This document shows positions 28,208 to 41,615 of a stretch of DNA of 64,000 nt, piece by piece (the stretch's first letter is position 1; every line of letters starts with the position of its first letter). Below the pieces are notes generated by a model. It saw only the letters and a program-made list of their open reading frames with translations, had not been told where the DNA came from and did not search any database. The DNA is from Eledone cirrhosa (lineage: Eukaryota): the NCBI GenBank assembly GCA_964016885.1, contig OZ024747.1, positions 87,172,001 through 87,236,000 of the forward strand, given 5' to 3'. A program made the translations under genes and the position numbers.

Positions 28208-28385
28208 CAGGCATGTCAAACATGCAGCCCTTTACAAGTACACCTGTAGCCCGCACAAAGGTTTTTACAGTGCGAGCATGTTTTATCTTCGTAAAATTAG
28301 TTGTAATGTGCGCAATTAGTTGTCATGTGTGTCCCTCAGACAACACATATGTGACCCTCGGGGGACCCTCAGTTTGACATGCCTG
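28208..28385. mobile_element. hAT-type MITE
   Basis: Perfect 14-bp terminal inverted repeats caggcatgtcaaac/gtttgacatgcctg and a perfect 8-bp target duplication ctttagat on both sides. Confidence 0.9.
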
Positions 28386-29227
28386 CTTTAGATCATAGAT
28401 ACACTTAAGTCTGATCTTCAGGCTAAACAACTTTTTATGTCAGTGTTCTTTAGCTAGATCAGAATAAAGTATTATGACAATAGTATTACTGTCTATTTTA
28501 ACAGAAACACTTTTGAATAGCATAATTTCCTATTCATGCAATCTATAACTCAAAGCATAGTGATAAAATAAATGTCATCATGTTTTCTTATATATATATA
28601 TACAAGGCCAGCAATTTATGGAGAGAGGCAGATCAATTGAAGCACTTGAATAGTACTTTCTTTTATTGATCCAGAATGTAAAAAGCTGAAATAAGATAGA
28701 CCAAGGCATTTTATCTGACATTCTAATGATACTATAGACCTGTCAAATCTTCCCATCTGATGGTGAAAGACGTCTTCTCTTGTGAAAATGAGTATAGCTT
28801 TCATTATGTAAAATCTCTCCATTTACCCTCATTTCTTCCCCTTTAGGGGCACTTTTTTCATGGTACACCCCATTTGAATTTTAAGAGCTTGGTAGATCTA
28901 ATATTACCAATCTACTCCTGTAACAAACATTATCATAATAACCATCACAAGTTGGATAGCATTAAAAAGCAAGGTGTAAGCTCCAGGCATTCAAAAAATT
29001 GCCTCAAAATAAAAACAATGATGATGATGATGATAACCTGAAGCATGAAAAGCAAAGTAGATGTGAGTGGAACTGAACTCAGAAATGAACATGGTATTTT
29101 GTCGTACCATCTACTGATTCTGCCATCTAAAGGGCAAGATTTTAAATACAGGAGACAATAGCAGACACAAAGTGATATTGCAGAACGGTTGGATGAAAAA
29201 CATAAGAGAAATATCAAATAGCCATAC

Positions 29228-29505
29228 CATTGCATAAACAAAGTCTTTGGTTGAAATTAGACATTTCCCTTCCCTAGTCATTAACTGAAACATAGCTTGC
29301 ACACAGTCTATTTTAAGCAGTGACCAGGAAATGAACTGTGTTGTCAATTGGTTAAATTTATCAGCATTCTCGAAATATAAATAGATGCCTTTGTCAACTT
29401 TGTAATGTTTTCTAAGATATTGTAGTGTGATATCTTTCAAACTTACGGCCATAATTGCACTTAAAATCTTCTTTAGGTCACTTACAAGGTATTTTTCATT
29501 TAAAC
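29228..29505 (-). CDS. Probable upstream exon of the uncharacterised minus-strand gene (ubiquitin-like segment); boundaries uncertain
   Basis: The open frame reads LNEKYLVSDLKKILSAIMAVSLKDITLQYLRKH...TKDFVYAM followed by donor-like gtatgg. A further candidate exon at 29038-29126 (cctttag|...CAG|gttatc) exists, but I could not reconcile its phase. Confidence 0.5.
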
Positions 29506-29657
29506 TTGATCATATATCTGTGTGTATGATGTATGTGTGTGTATAATTTATATAAAGTGAGTATGTATATTATAGTTATTATCTTCAACGCATAAGAGTT
29601 GCTACCATTGGCTTCCAACTGTGCATGTGGCTCAGATTGCACATCTGCACATCAACA

Positions 29658-29695
<38 letters not shown>

Positions 29696-30029
29696 AAATT
29701 AATATAAAGTATATATATATACAGAAAATTTATATATATATATATATATATTTTTTTTTTTCAAAGGAAGCAAAGAACAATTGAAATAAAGGATCTTCAA
29801 AAATTGACCACAGAAATGAGACAATACTACTACTACTACAAAGACGTATTTATGATGGCAACTTGATATCACTGAATATGACAATAGCAATAAGAAAAAT
29901 CTTTTATGACATCATAAACACCTTCTTGTTGTTTCTCTAAAAGCATTGTGTATGTGGATAGTGAGAGAGGAAGAAAGAGAGATGAAATAGTTTATCATGA
30001 AATACTTGTTGGAACCAGGGAAATTTTGC

Positions 30030-30720
30030 GACTGCTATCATGATTATTTCTCCAGACTCCACCAAGTAGACGATCCTCCTCCTCTACCTGTAGACATAAA
30101 ATCCGCCCCCCCCCCCCCCAGAGCATGTGGAATGCTCCCGTGTCACATGGGCTTGGACAGTCTAGCGCACCAGCACTGCCTCACATGTTTTCACTCAGCA
30201 TCGTGACCCCACAGCGGTGCCTGGCTCAATGCTTTATGCTCCTTTTCAACTGGCATGCAGCTAGATAATGATAGCCTGCGAATCAAGGTTTCCCTGAGGC
30301 TAGGCCTCCAGATCTGCGGGCCTCACAGATGTCACTCTGGATCTGCCATAGACTCATTCAGCTTCCACCCGCTCTCCTGTTGCTACAGTGCTGACTGCCT
30401 TCCACACCATGCTGCTCTCAACAAAGTCATAAAGCATGGTTTGGATGTTGTAGGCTTCCCCTCCTAGCTCAAGCCAGCAAATCTCTGCTGCACTTTGTGC
30501 TGAGGCGGGCAAATTCTCCAAATATCTGTCGCTCTCTGACAGGTTTGCAGTCAAGCCTATAGAAGTAGAGACTTCTGGTGCCCTTGGCCCTAGGACCATC
30601 TCCCTATTCACCACCATCAGAGTTGGCTACCTGCAAGTGTGAGCTGGAATGGTTCTTCCAGCGCGTCAGCCTCACCATCCTGTGAGGAAATGCCTTGTTT
30701 ATTCTGTTTGCCAGGGCTGC
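30030..30720 (+). mobile_element. CRE-clade non-LTR retrotransposon fragment (zinc knuckle + part of endonuclease), decayed
   Basis: SGAWLNAL...LDNDSLRIKVSLRLGLQICGPHRCHSG...HPLSC...HAALNKVIK, then KYLSLSDRFAVKPIEVETSGALGP. Confidence 0.8.
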
Positions 30721-31030
30721 AAAGCGGCCAGAGCATGGGCCCCCATTTGCTCATAATAGTGAGAGTTCAGGAGAGATGGAGGCAGTGACAGTGGGAGTTT
30801 GGTTCCTTTGTGTTTGGACCCAGTGTATATGTATATATTTATTTACTACACCACATTAACTACATATATTTGTGCAATCACACAATTTTGAAATAATTTA
30901 TTACTTGTGGATGAGTAAATGAGAAGAAAAATGGAATTATTTTATTTTGCCAATAATAATATTAAAATCATTACACTGTTTCATTAATATAATTATTAGC
31001 TTTGTTATTTGAATTAGTATATCATTAATT

Positions 31031-31541
31031 TTGGCAGTATCAGTAGAGGCTCGGACATGCTTTCCAGCATAGTTACGTCCCTTTATGATCTGAGTTCAAA
31101 TCCCGCCGAGGTTACCTTTGCCTTTCATCCATACGGGATCGATAAAATAAAGTACCAGTAATGTACTGAATATTTGTTGGCCTTGTGCCAAAAGTAGAAA
31201 CAATTATTATCATTAGTTACGTCCCTTTACCGACTGACTTCAAATCCCACGGAGGTTAACTTTGCCTTTCATCCTTACGGGGTCGATAAAATAAAGTAGT
31301 AGTAATTGCTGGCTTTGTGCCAAATGTAGAAACAATTATTATAATTTAGGCCGTGGATTTGCAGTATCGGTAGATAGTCTGACGCCAGGCTTTGTAGCAA
31401 AGAGTTACGGCCCTTTATGGTTTGAGTTAAAATCCCGCCGAGGTTAACTTTACCTTTCATACTTGCAGGGTCGATAAAATAAAGCACCAGTAATACACTG
31501 GGATAATTGCTGGCCTTGTGCCTAAAGTAGAAACAATTATT
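31031..31541 (+). mobile_element. Three head-to-tail copies of SINE family B
   Basis: Copies at ~31031-31208, 31216-31343 and 31350-31541, each ending in gtagaaacaattatt. Confidence 0.8.
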
Positions 31542-33185
31542 AAAATTTATGCCATTAATTAAATTCTTTTGTTATATACAATCTTTTTAATGATAGTTTT
31601 TCCTCTTTGCTTTCCTGACTTATTGGTATTAACAGCCCTAACAAAAACATCAGTTAATTTCTTAGCCCTAGAGAATGCAACATACAACTGCTGCTAAATA
31701 CTGGTTGTGGTATTTAAATCTCTATACTATTGGAACAATACTTTAGCATTGTACTAACAGCAACAGAAACATCAATAAAAACAACTACATCAACAATGGT
31801 AACAGTATAACTTACAAAAACAACAGTAAGGACAAAATAGTAAGGGGAAGTATATCTTTTGCACTGGTTACAAACATTTGACATATGCATCAACTACAGA
31901 AGAAATTGCTGCAGGTCAAAAATATATAAATTCCATTATGCAACCAGGTGTTATGAAACTGTCTATAGAGGAGACGATACACAAAAGAGAACAATACTAT
32001 GAAAGTTTGTTAACAGAAGATAAAGAAAGTTGCAATACACATCTTTGGGTGAAATGGTAAAGTGGTTGGAAGAGATGTGGGGTGCAGTCTACTGCTTGCA
32101 TAAAGGTCGGGAACATGAGATGATAGCAGCCATCAGTAACAGCAAGAAAGATGTCATGTGCAGCCAGACGAAGAAGCAAACTCCAGACCAACAACTGTAA
32201 ATTACCAGAGGAAATAGAGTAATGGGTGACAACCTTAGCTCCGAAAAAAACTTTCACAATCCAGTGATGTAGCTACGATGATGCGAATAAAGGCCGCTTC
32301 TAAAAAAGCCTAGTCTTCGCGAGTCTGAGAAAAACTTCAGACAAGTTACTGGATCGAATAAGACCACCAAAACTGCAATATGGTGAAAGATGCATTTTAA
32401 GAATATTAACATAGTTTATTACATCAAAAGTGTTCACCTAAGAAACTTTACGTTAGCTAAACATGCTAACATCAAGGGAGATAAGTCACAAAGTACAACA
32501 AATATTTCACGTGTGCGGCAAATATTGTTTGAGGTTCAGTATCCGAGAAACTTGGGTTAGTTTTTACTTCAATATCAATTTGTTATGATTATCATGGTGT
32601 TAAATTTATAGATGAAAATATTTATCATAATTTCTCTCGAGTCTTTAAGTAATTTGGATTATTTTTAGTAGGTTTTAGGCTTATGCTATAGCAATATTTT
32701 GTACGGTATTCTGTTACATATTTTCTCTTTGTAACAAAATTAGTGTTTTGATTCGTTTTATAAATTCTATTTAGATTTTGAAAAAAACAAGGTGACACTT
32801 ACGGGGTCATTAGTTCTGCTAAAATAGCAGTCAAATCACCTCTTGGCAATTTCTTATTGAAGCATAGTACTAAAATAATTTATTAACGTTAATGGTAGAA
32901 GAAAATATTTTAAAACCAAAATAATATTCAACGGTAATATGTTTTCCGTAAAACAATAAATTAGAAATATTTAAAAAATAATTTTTGTTTATTTAAAACG
33001 AAAAAGTAATATTTAAACCTTGTGCCGTAGTAAGGCGGTGTTCTGTCGGCGTAGCAATGTTGGTGGGAGTTAAAACAAACTAAAGTGTATTTGTTTACTG
33101 AATATATTTTTATTTTATTAAATGTTTACTAAACTAAACACACAAAATATATGATAAACACGAAATGTAGCTAATATTCATCAAT

Positions 33186-33307
33186 AAGAGAGGTTACCCA
33201 ATACTCGCGACGTTGCTGTCCTTTGATCTGGTGTTGGCTCCGTTGTTCACCCCCTTTCTTTACATTTTCTTTAATATTGTAACATTAAAAGAATATATCT
33301 TTCATAC
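33186..33307 (+). mobile_element. First half of a CRE-element 3' UTR (second half at 34299-34418)
   Basis: Reverse complement of ~33728-33845. Confidence 0.75.
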
Positions 33308-33363
33308 TATCAAGGGAGACAGTCAGACATTCTCTGTTTGGTGTTTATTCAAGATAAATTATA

Positions 33364-33550
33364 AATAATTGTTTCTATTTTTGGCACAAGGCCAGCAATT
33401 AACCAGTACATTACTGGTACTTTATTTTATCGACCTCGTAAGGATGAAAGGCAAAGTTAATCTCAGCGGGATTTGAACTCAGATCGTAAAGGGACGTCAC
33501 TCTGCTGGAAAGCATGTCTGACCCTCTACCGATACTGCCAATTCACCGCA
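33364..33550 (-). mobile_element. SINE, family B
   Basis: Matches 20052-20241. Confidence 0.8.
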
Positions 33551-33580
33551 TCTTACAGGAAAGTCATAAAATCACTTATA

Positions 33581-34298
33581 TCAACACAAGTGAATAAGTT
33601 CCTTCAGAATGGAAATATAAACAGAGCATATAAATAAATTTACAGTAGAATAACATAACAAATATGTTTTAAATATATACATAAATAACATTACAAATGC
33701 CTCAGTAACACTACAAAGGATGATATAATGAAAGATATATTCCTTCAATGCTACAATATTAAAGAAAATGTAAAAGAAGGGGTGAACAACGGAGCCAACA
33801 CCAGAGCAAAAGACAGCAACGTCGCGAGTACTGGGCAACCTCTCTAATGATTTTTGAGGCAAGCCAGCACACTCGCAGCGTTGCCTCGGGCGATGGCGAG
33901 GCTGATGTGCTGAAACAGCCAAGCACCCTCGCGAGATTCGCCAGTCACCTCTATTAGGCGAGCCGCCAGTGAGGAAAGGAACCTCGCAGTCAGCGGCCCG
34001 ACTCCCCCAAACGTCTCGAAAGCTACAGGCTGAAAAATGTAGCTGGCCGCCAGAGCAGAGTATTTGAGGGTCTTACTCCGCTCGGCTGCAGAAGCTGTGG
34101 CTCTCGTCCTAACCGCAGCATCCAGGCTGTGGGAAAGAGCAAAGGAATCACTAACAGTGACGTCCCAGACAAGGCACCTGCCTCTCGACCAGGGGCATAG
34201 GGTAGGACCGTCAGGTCTTTTTCCGTCACTTCTTGACAACCAAGATGGTTCCAAGACTGAGGGGATATTCGCCCGGGCCAAAGCTCTCTTCAGAATGA
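33581..34298 (-). mobile_element. CRE-clade non-LTR retrotransposon 3' end (restriction-like endonuclease ORF part 33844-34281 + 3' UTR)
   Basis: EPSWLSRSDGKRPDGPTLCPWSRGRCLVWDVTV...AERSKTLKY...FQPVAFETFG...ISLAIARGNAASVL, a PD-(D/E)xK endonuclease pattern. Confidence 0.9.
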
Positions 34299-34418
34299 GT
34301 ATATCATCCTTTATAGTGTTACCGAAGCATTTGTAATGTTATTTATGTATATATTTAAAACATTTGTTATGTTATTCTACTGTGAATTTATTTATATGCT
34401 CTGTTTACATTTGCATTC
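34299..34418 (+). mobile_element. Second half of the plus-strand CRE 3' UTR
   Basis: Reverse complement of ~33605-33727. Confidence 0.75.
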
Positions 34419-34436
34419 TTTTTCTATTAAACTGTA

Positions 34437-34494
<58 letters not shown>

Positions 34495-34613
34495 CGGCGA
34501 TGAATTAGTTCGCAGATATATATATATAAAAGACAGCGAGAAGCGAAAACCAACCAAACAGTGAGTGTGTTCTGTTATTAATTCTGGCAATATTACGCAA
34601 ATATGACCCTCCC

Positions 34614-34648
<35 letters not shown>

Positions 34649-35835
34649 AGACACATGTGATTTAAGTGTGCATGTCGACTCTTTGTTTTTCTCTGATTAT
34701 TTTCTGAAAATTTGATAATTTATATAAATAAAATACTAATATATTTAGTATATCACTTACGTAAAAGAAAATATAATGAAACATACATAAAATGTAACAA
34801 AAGCGTATACTAAATATAATTCAACACGCAAAATACAACAGCATCCTTCGAAAATGTCCATAACACTTATTTATTTTCATCCTAAGTTTTGAACAGGTTC
34901 TAAGCCAACAAGTATTGATTTCTTATATCAGCGATGTCTGGGGAAATGGATGTGCGGTATTCATGACTTTTTCGAGGTCATTTATGGTGTAAGTGAAGCG
35001 AAATAACTTCGACAAGGAATCGAAAATACACCGCTTAGTCTGAATTGACAGATGGCAGTAGTAGTGCTATCAATTAACTTACTTCCGAATATGATGCAGA
35101 GGACATTTTTGGGGGACTGGAGGGACCCTCGAACCTGCTCTCTCCCGGAGTTTTCTTTATCCCCCCAACCCTAACTACAGGGGATGCGGGTGAAAAGTCC
35201 GAAGGTTCCCCATCTTCCCACTTAAAATTTTTTGCGGGAAAAGTTCATTGTGGCATGTTCGGAGGGAAGATTAGTTGATAACACACGGAAAAAAATAGCA
35301 AAGAAAATTCGGAAGAGCGTGGGGGTAATCCAGGGTTTCTCTTCGTCAACCGTTTCCCAGGAAAAAAAGACCTTTGCAGCATATTTGAACAGAAAGAGGT
35401 GAGAGAATGCTGGCTAGATATGACCAGTTTAAATGCTAAAGGGTATCTTAATGGTATTGGTTTATTACTACATCTGACTCTGAATATCTAGTCTTGTGTG
35501 GAATATTAAGGTTAGGGTTATAAGATTATACATCTATAGATAAAATGCCTCTGTAAGATAAACTACAAAAAAAAAAAAAAATCCATAACTCTTAACATCC
35601 TGTAATGATTTAGCACTAAATATTTAAAGGCTGGTTTGTTAATTTAAAAGTTTACAGGGCCTTTACAAGTGGATTGTTGGTTAAACTAAAGTAAAAGGTT
35701 TAATGTGATGCTGTTAGTACAGGATGTTAAGAGTTGAATAGAAACTAGTTCTGGCTCCCTTTACTCACATAGTTCTTCAAAAGCAATGCTATCAGCTAAT
35801 ACAACACACCTCATTATTAGAACAAGAAAGATTCC

Positions 35836-36054
35836 TTAATCCTTTTGATACCAAACTGCTTGAAACAATACAAGACTGTTTAGTTTAAGTGTTATATTTA
35901 TCTAAAGACTCTCCATCATAATTGTAAGAATCTTTTATGTTCCAAATACCAGATAATAAGAAAATTCCATTGCTAAATCCCTTCAAATTCTTGTTTTCAA
36001 AATGATCATCATAGACAATGTCTTTCATTAGAAATATTGTAACAAAAGGGTTAA
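35836..36054. mobile_element. piggyBac-type MITE, second subfamily
   Basis: ttaatccttttgatacc...gtaacaaaagggttaa termini; similar starts at 36884 and 42636. Confidence 0.5.
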
Positions 36055-36104
36055 TTGCCAAGATATGTTAAGAAAGCAGTTTGGTGATAAATATTTCTTC
36101 TTCA

Positions 36105-36475
36105 CTCACTTATTTCTGTGAGGGTTGTGGGGGCAGTCTTCAGACATGCCGTTCATAGGATCCTATCAAAAGCAGCTGTCTCCTAAGCAAGACCAGCTGA
36201 GCTCATCAATATCATCCGACCATCTTACTCATGGTCTATGTCTGGGTCTTTGTTGGCTGGTTTTGCCCATAACATCTTTCCAGTGATTTATTCTTTAGAT
36301 ATTCTAGCCACATGTCAGTAGTGTCAGAGTTGTGATCTCTTGCTGTGGAGAAGTAGCTGAAGTGACTCCCTTTTGAGTAACATTACTCCAAAGACCCTTC
36401 TGAGTAACCGTATTCCAGTCATTCATATTCGCAATTGTATTCTTTCAGTCATAACCAACATTCAGGCTAGTGATT
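36105..36475 (-). mobile_element. Decayed RTE-like 3' fragment (GAA-tailed family)
   Basis: Reverse-complement similarity to 49523-49893, with a cttcttc tail. Confidence 0.6.
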
Positions 36476-36514
36476 GCTCTTATAGTTGGGTATATTGGTA
36501 TTTCATTTGATATA

Positions 36515-36715
36515 TACATAATCGTTTCTGATTTAGGCACAAGGCCAACAATTTTGGGAGAGGGGAAAGTCGATCAAATCGACCCCAGTGCGTTACTGGT
36601 ACTTTATTTTATCGACCTTGTAAGGATGAAAGGCAAAGCTAACGAATGTAAAGGGTCGTAACTCTGTGCAGCAAACATGGTGTCCAATGCTCTACCAATA
36701 CTGTCAACCCACTAC
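36515..36715 (-). mobile_element. SINE, family B
   Basis: ggcacaaggcc...ttactggtactttattttatcgacc...ggatgaaaggcaaag. Confidence 0.75.
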
Positions 36716-37779
36716 CCTATACATAATGTACACTATTATATCCTAATTTGGTTTCCTACTCTAACATTTCTCCTCAATTCCTCCATTGGATAAAGTTCCT
36801 CCCCTGAGAGTTGTGTGTCCCGTGTTTAAGATTCATTGTGCTAGGGTTTATTTACTCTTTGATGTCTCCCTTTTAAAGACTTTTTAACTCTTTCATTACC
36901 ATATTTTTAATGAAACATGATGTTTAAATAATTTTGAAAATAATCAAGATTTGAAGGGATTTCTCATTAATCTGGTGTTTGGAACATAACAAAGATTCTT
37001 ACATGAAATTATTTTAATTAAATATAAACTGATTTGTCATAGAACCAGGGGTGGTTTAATATCCAGTTAAATTATTTCTACAACCATTTTATTTTTACTG
37101 TCCATTTTTCCATGCTCTCATAACTGTTTTGCTTTTTATTAGCTGGGTGTCTGAGCCAATGAGTAAGCTTCTACATAGTCATTTGACTTTCTAGAAATAG
37201 TTACCAAATTTCCCTCATATTATACCCTACCATCTTTAAAAAGGACATGTTGGATAATTTAGGGTTAAACAACTGGATGTCTTGTCTATCATTAGCAGCT
37301 CATCTGTGAAGCAGGAGTTGAACCTGGTGTTACTGCACCTTTGTAACTATATACAGAGATTTCTCTGTACCCTTTACCTTCCCTACCTCCCTCGATCTCC
37401 ATCTGCCTTCACTTAACCCTTTAGCATTCACTATTGTATTTTCACAGTAAATTATCTCACATAATGTCGAATCTACGAGAATTTGATGTTATTTATTTTG
37501 AGAACAATACCTTAATGTAGGTATGAGTGGCTGGTTTGAAGAGAAAGAGGTGAGAGAGTTCTGGCCAGATACAACTGGTTGAAATGCTAAAGGGTTCATC
37601 ATCATTGCCATCATTGTTAATGTCAGTTAGGTAAACTATAGTTAAATTCATGTGCATTTTTCTAGGATGTCCAATACTTTAGCATCACATCTATTATCTA
37701 TATTTCTGTTAATTTAAAATACTTTCTAATAACCATAATTAACTCTAAATTTTAAGTCAGTTCTTAATGAATTTTCCAG

Positions 37780-37936
37780 AATCATGAAATATTTTGTAAA
37801 CTGCCTGACTTGGATTCTTATGATTTGTCACACCGGGAAAATTTACTTTTAAAGTTTCTCAAATATGTTGATACTCTGTTTAATGGTAACAACAAATACA
37901 AAATCGTTTGCCTCCTGCCTCATTTTCAAACAGCAG
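37780..37936 (+). CDS. FASTK-family (RAP-domain) protein, internal exon
   Basis: tttccag|AAT...GCAG|gtaagc; encodes NHEIFCKLPD...KYKIVCLLPHFQTA. It ends in phase 1 and joins the next exon to give TADIE. Confidence 0.8.
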
Positions 37937-39655
37937 GTAAGCATACCTTTACAATGTTTTTCTTTGATTCTTTCTTCCACTCTTTTATTCTTTGGCTGGT
38001 TTCAGTACTTATTTTTTAAAGTCCGGCAATCTTTTGTTGATCTCATCAACTTCAGGACATAGACACAAAAGTAAAAACAAACATGAACATCTATGTTCTC
38101 ATCATCTTTATGTCTACTTTCCACACTCATATGGGTTGGACTGGTTGTCACATTTCAAAGCCAAATGGGTTTGGGCAACCTCATCTTGCTTATACATTCT
38201 TCTATAGTTCCAGCTATAAGGGCTACATCATCAGCATATAGGCACTCCCATGGACAATCTGGGACAGTTTGGTATTAAAGGGGTTAAGTCACCTGAAGAT
38301 GTTCAGAAAATAAACAAGATGTTGTAGTTTATTTGAAGCAATGTATATAATATATAATGTGGAAGGGATATAAGGCTAAACAATGCAAAATGGATGGTAA
38401 GATGAAAGTAACGAAAAAGTAAGTTACCTGGTTATCTTTTTTGTTGTTGCTGTTGTTGTGTTTAAAGAACACCTCAACACATGCATCCTCATTCAAAAAA
38501 CACATTAACAAATGTAGAAACACCAACAAAACTATAACAGTCAATACTCAGAGAGAGAAATGTGAGCAATTTAAGAATTAAGGAAGCCTTGCTTATACAT
38601 AGACACAACACACAAATAACAGATTAGAATTCAGCATAGAATACTTGACATAAAAGTCACACCTTCACATACACCCACATGCAACCTCAACAACATTCTC
38701 ATACAAAAAAAAAGGAAATAGATTCCATGAAATACTACATCAGCAATTGACGTCATTCTTCACGTGAATAAACAAACTAACCATCAAACAACACTTGAAA
38801 GTGGTTTATAAAATTTAGATTTAAATTTAATTCTAAAGAGAAGTACTGGAACATTCTTCTCTGAAGAAGGGAATTTTAAGTCCCAAAATATTAGGATGAA
38901 AGAAACAACAGCAACAAAACCGAATAAAGATTACCAGGTAACTTACTTTTTCGTTACCTTCATCTTACTGTCTATTTTGCATTGTTTGGCCTCATCACTT
39001 TCCACATTATGAAATAGTTAAAATTCTGAAACTCCTCCATACTGTTCAATGCCTGTTTGTTCTGTTTGTAAACTCTGCTACACTGATCCCTGCTATTCAT
39101 ATCATCATCATTGTATTACGTCTGCTGTCTATGGTGATATGGGTTGGATGGATCGCCATAGTCCAAGACTATACTTGTTAAAGAACTGCACCTTGCTCCT
39201 ATTGGCATGGTTTCTACAGCTGGGTGGATTTTATCATGGCTGCATCATTACCACTTTACCAAGTGTATTGAGTGCAAATCATTGTAGCACCAGTATGAAA
39301 GATTATCATGTATTTGGCAAGACTGAAGTCTTCTTCAGCCTATATTGTCCCTCTTCAATCTTTTTGAGATTAACGCTTTAGCATTTAAACCATATCTAGC
39401 CAGAATTCTCTCACCTCTTTCTGTTCAAACCAGCTGTAACCAGCCGCTCATACTGATGTTAAGGTATTGTTGTCAAAATAAATAGTATCAAAATCTCATT
39501 GATTCGATATTATTTAAGATAATTATGTGAGGTAAAGTCTTTACTGTGAAAATACAATAGTAAATATAGAGTAATGTAAATGTTAAAGGGTTAATAGACT
39601 TACAGTAATTATACTTCCATTGTGAGTAATAGTTAAATATTTTATATAATTACAG

Positions 39656-39818
39656 ATATAGAGATGCAGATGAAATATGATGGCACAATTCTACCTTCAG
39701 ATCGATGGGTCTCAAATAATTTCAATTCTGTTAATAAAACTAAACTACCGACTCGAAACACTACTGCTCTGAACAGTCTCCTACTTCAAATGGTTGATTC
39801 TCAGTCTTCCACTCAAAG
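39656..39818 (+). CDS. FASTK-family protein, internal exon
   Basis: ttacag|AT ATA GAG...CAA AG|gtattg; encodes DIEMQMKYDGTILP...SSTQ(R). Phases match both neighbouring exons. Confidence 0.75.
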
Positions 39819-40404
39819 GTATTGGAGTCTTTGTTATCTTATTACATTTATTGTTTATGTTAGCCTGGGTTGGATGGATTGTCATGATCTGAGAACCATG
39901 TCTTGCTCATTTAGACTAGTTAGAGAACCATGCTCATTTTTGTCATAGTTTCTAAAACTTTTATAGTCAAAGTATTAGATTCTTCATCTCATGATATATA
40001 CTAGTACATAACTTATTGTTTTACTGGTGGAATAAATAATATCCAGTTTCTTCTCTGAACTGTCACAAAGTTGTTTGTGGTTTACAAACACACACACATT
40101 TGTGGCACAGATAAAACCAATGTAGAACTTTTGTTTTTCCTCCTAGTTTTTGTTTGTCTAACATGTTTTCCATGAATTCTAAATAAAATAATTTGTGTGG
40201 TAAATGGACAACAAAGCTATGCAGTTATGTAGATGAGTTTTAGGGACTGGCAGAATTGTTACAACATTTGTTCTCGCTCTTCTCGTTTTTGAATTTAAAT
40301 TCTGCTGTTGTTAGCTTTGACTTTTCTCCTTCTGGAGTTGATAAAATATAGTTCCAGTCATGGATTGGAATTGGAAAATTTCTGGTCTTGTATTTAAAGT
40401 AAAC

Positions 40405-41615
40405 ACCTTGACCAGGAGAAAGCTTTTGACTAAGTCTGCCATTCCATTATGTGGTGGGCTGTTAAAAAAATAGGAGTAGATAAGTAGCTTATGAAGGCAG
40501 TACAAGCCATGTATAGGGGAACAGTTAGCAAGATTAGAATTAACAATGACTATAGTGAAGAATTTAGTGGGCAGGTAGGAGTCCATTAGGGCTCCGATAT
40601 TAGCCCTTTTCTGTTTATTATCATCCTGCAGGCTATAAGAGTTTAAGACTGGCTGCCCATGGGGATTTCTGTATGCAGATGATCTAATCCTTGTAGCTAA
40701 ATCTATGGCAGAATTAGAGAAATTCCAACCTGGAAGCATGGCCTAGAATCAAAAGGCCTTAAAGTTAATTTGACAAAGACTGAAGTCCTAGTATGTAGAA
40801 AGGAAAATAGGACCCAGATTCCTTTAGGGAAATGGCCTTCCTCAGTGTGCATGAAAGGAGTAGGTAGAAATTCTATCCTATGTCCCAAATGCAAACTATG
40901 GGTGCACAAGATATAGTGGGATCTCAGACAGGCTAGCAAAGAATGTAGATTTTATAAGTAGTCAATGCACAGGTGCAGTAGGTACCAAGAGATCAGAGGA
41001 TACTAGCTCCTTTAAATTCCCAGAAGGCTCTGTAGAAGTAATTGATAGTTTCTGTTACCTGGGTAACCAAATTAGCAGTGGCGGTGGGTGTTCCGAAAAT
41101 ACAGTAGCCAGAGTGAGAATGAAAGGGAGAAAGTTTAGGGAGCTTATACTATTGCTAACTACAAAAGGTTTTTTCCTTCAAAATTAAGGGCAGATTGATG
41201 CATGTATATGAACAGCAATGCTACATGGTAGTGGGACCTGGGCACTGTATGCAGAGGACCTGCGAAGATTGGAAAGAAATGAAGCTTGCATGCTCCAATA
41301 GATGTGTAATACACGAATGGCAATGAGTAAATAAACTGAGAAAGAAACTGGGTGTAAGAATGATCAGATGCAATGTACATGTTGGTGCCACGACAAAAGA
41401 GCACCTAACCCTACCTGCCAGGTGGTCATGCTGTGGACATGACAAGTAATCACCCAGTCCACCCTGTGAGGTGGTCATGACAGAAGGTACCCTGCCCACC
41501 CTGTAAAGTGGTCGTGTTGGTGGCATGACAGAAAGTGCCCGATCTGCATTACCTCAAAAAGTCCTGTACAACCCATGCCATCTTGCAAAAGGATACATAA
41601 AAACAATGATGATGA
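40405..41615 (+). mobile_element. Decayed copy of the RTE family seen at 21077-24322 (RT to 3' end), intronic
   Basis: EFKTGCPWGFLYADDLILVA, GKWPSSVCMKGVGRNSILCPKCKLWVHK, and a tail aacccatgcc...gatgatgat. Confidence 0.85.

Noticed and set aside
31878-32060. 60-aa ORF ending near a donor-like gtaaag as an upstream FASTK exon
   Set aside because: It has no clear acceptor or FASTK similarity; EETIHKREQYYESLLTE looks more like a LINE linker remnant.
35507-35521. ggttagggtta as a telomeric repeat
   Set aside because: Fewer than two full units; expected by chance.
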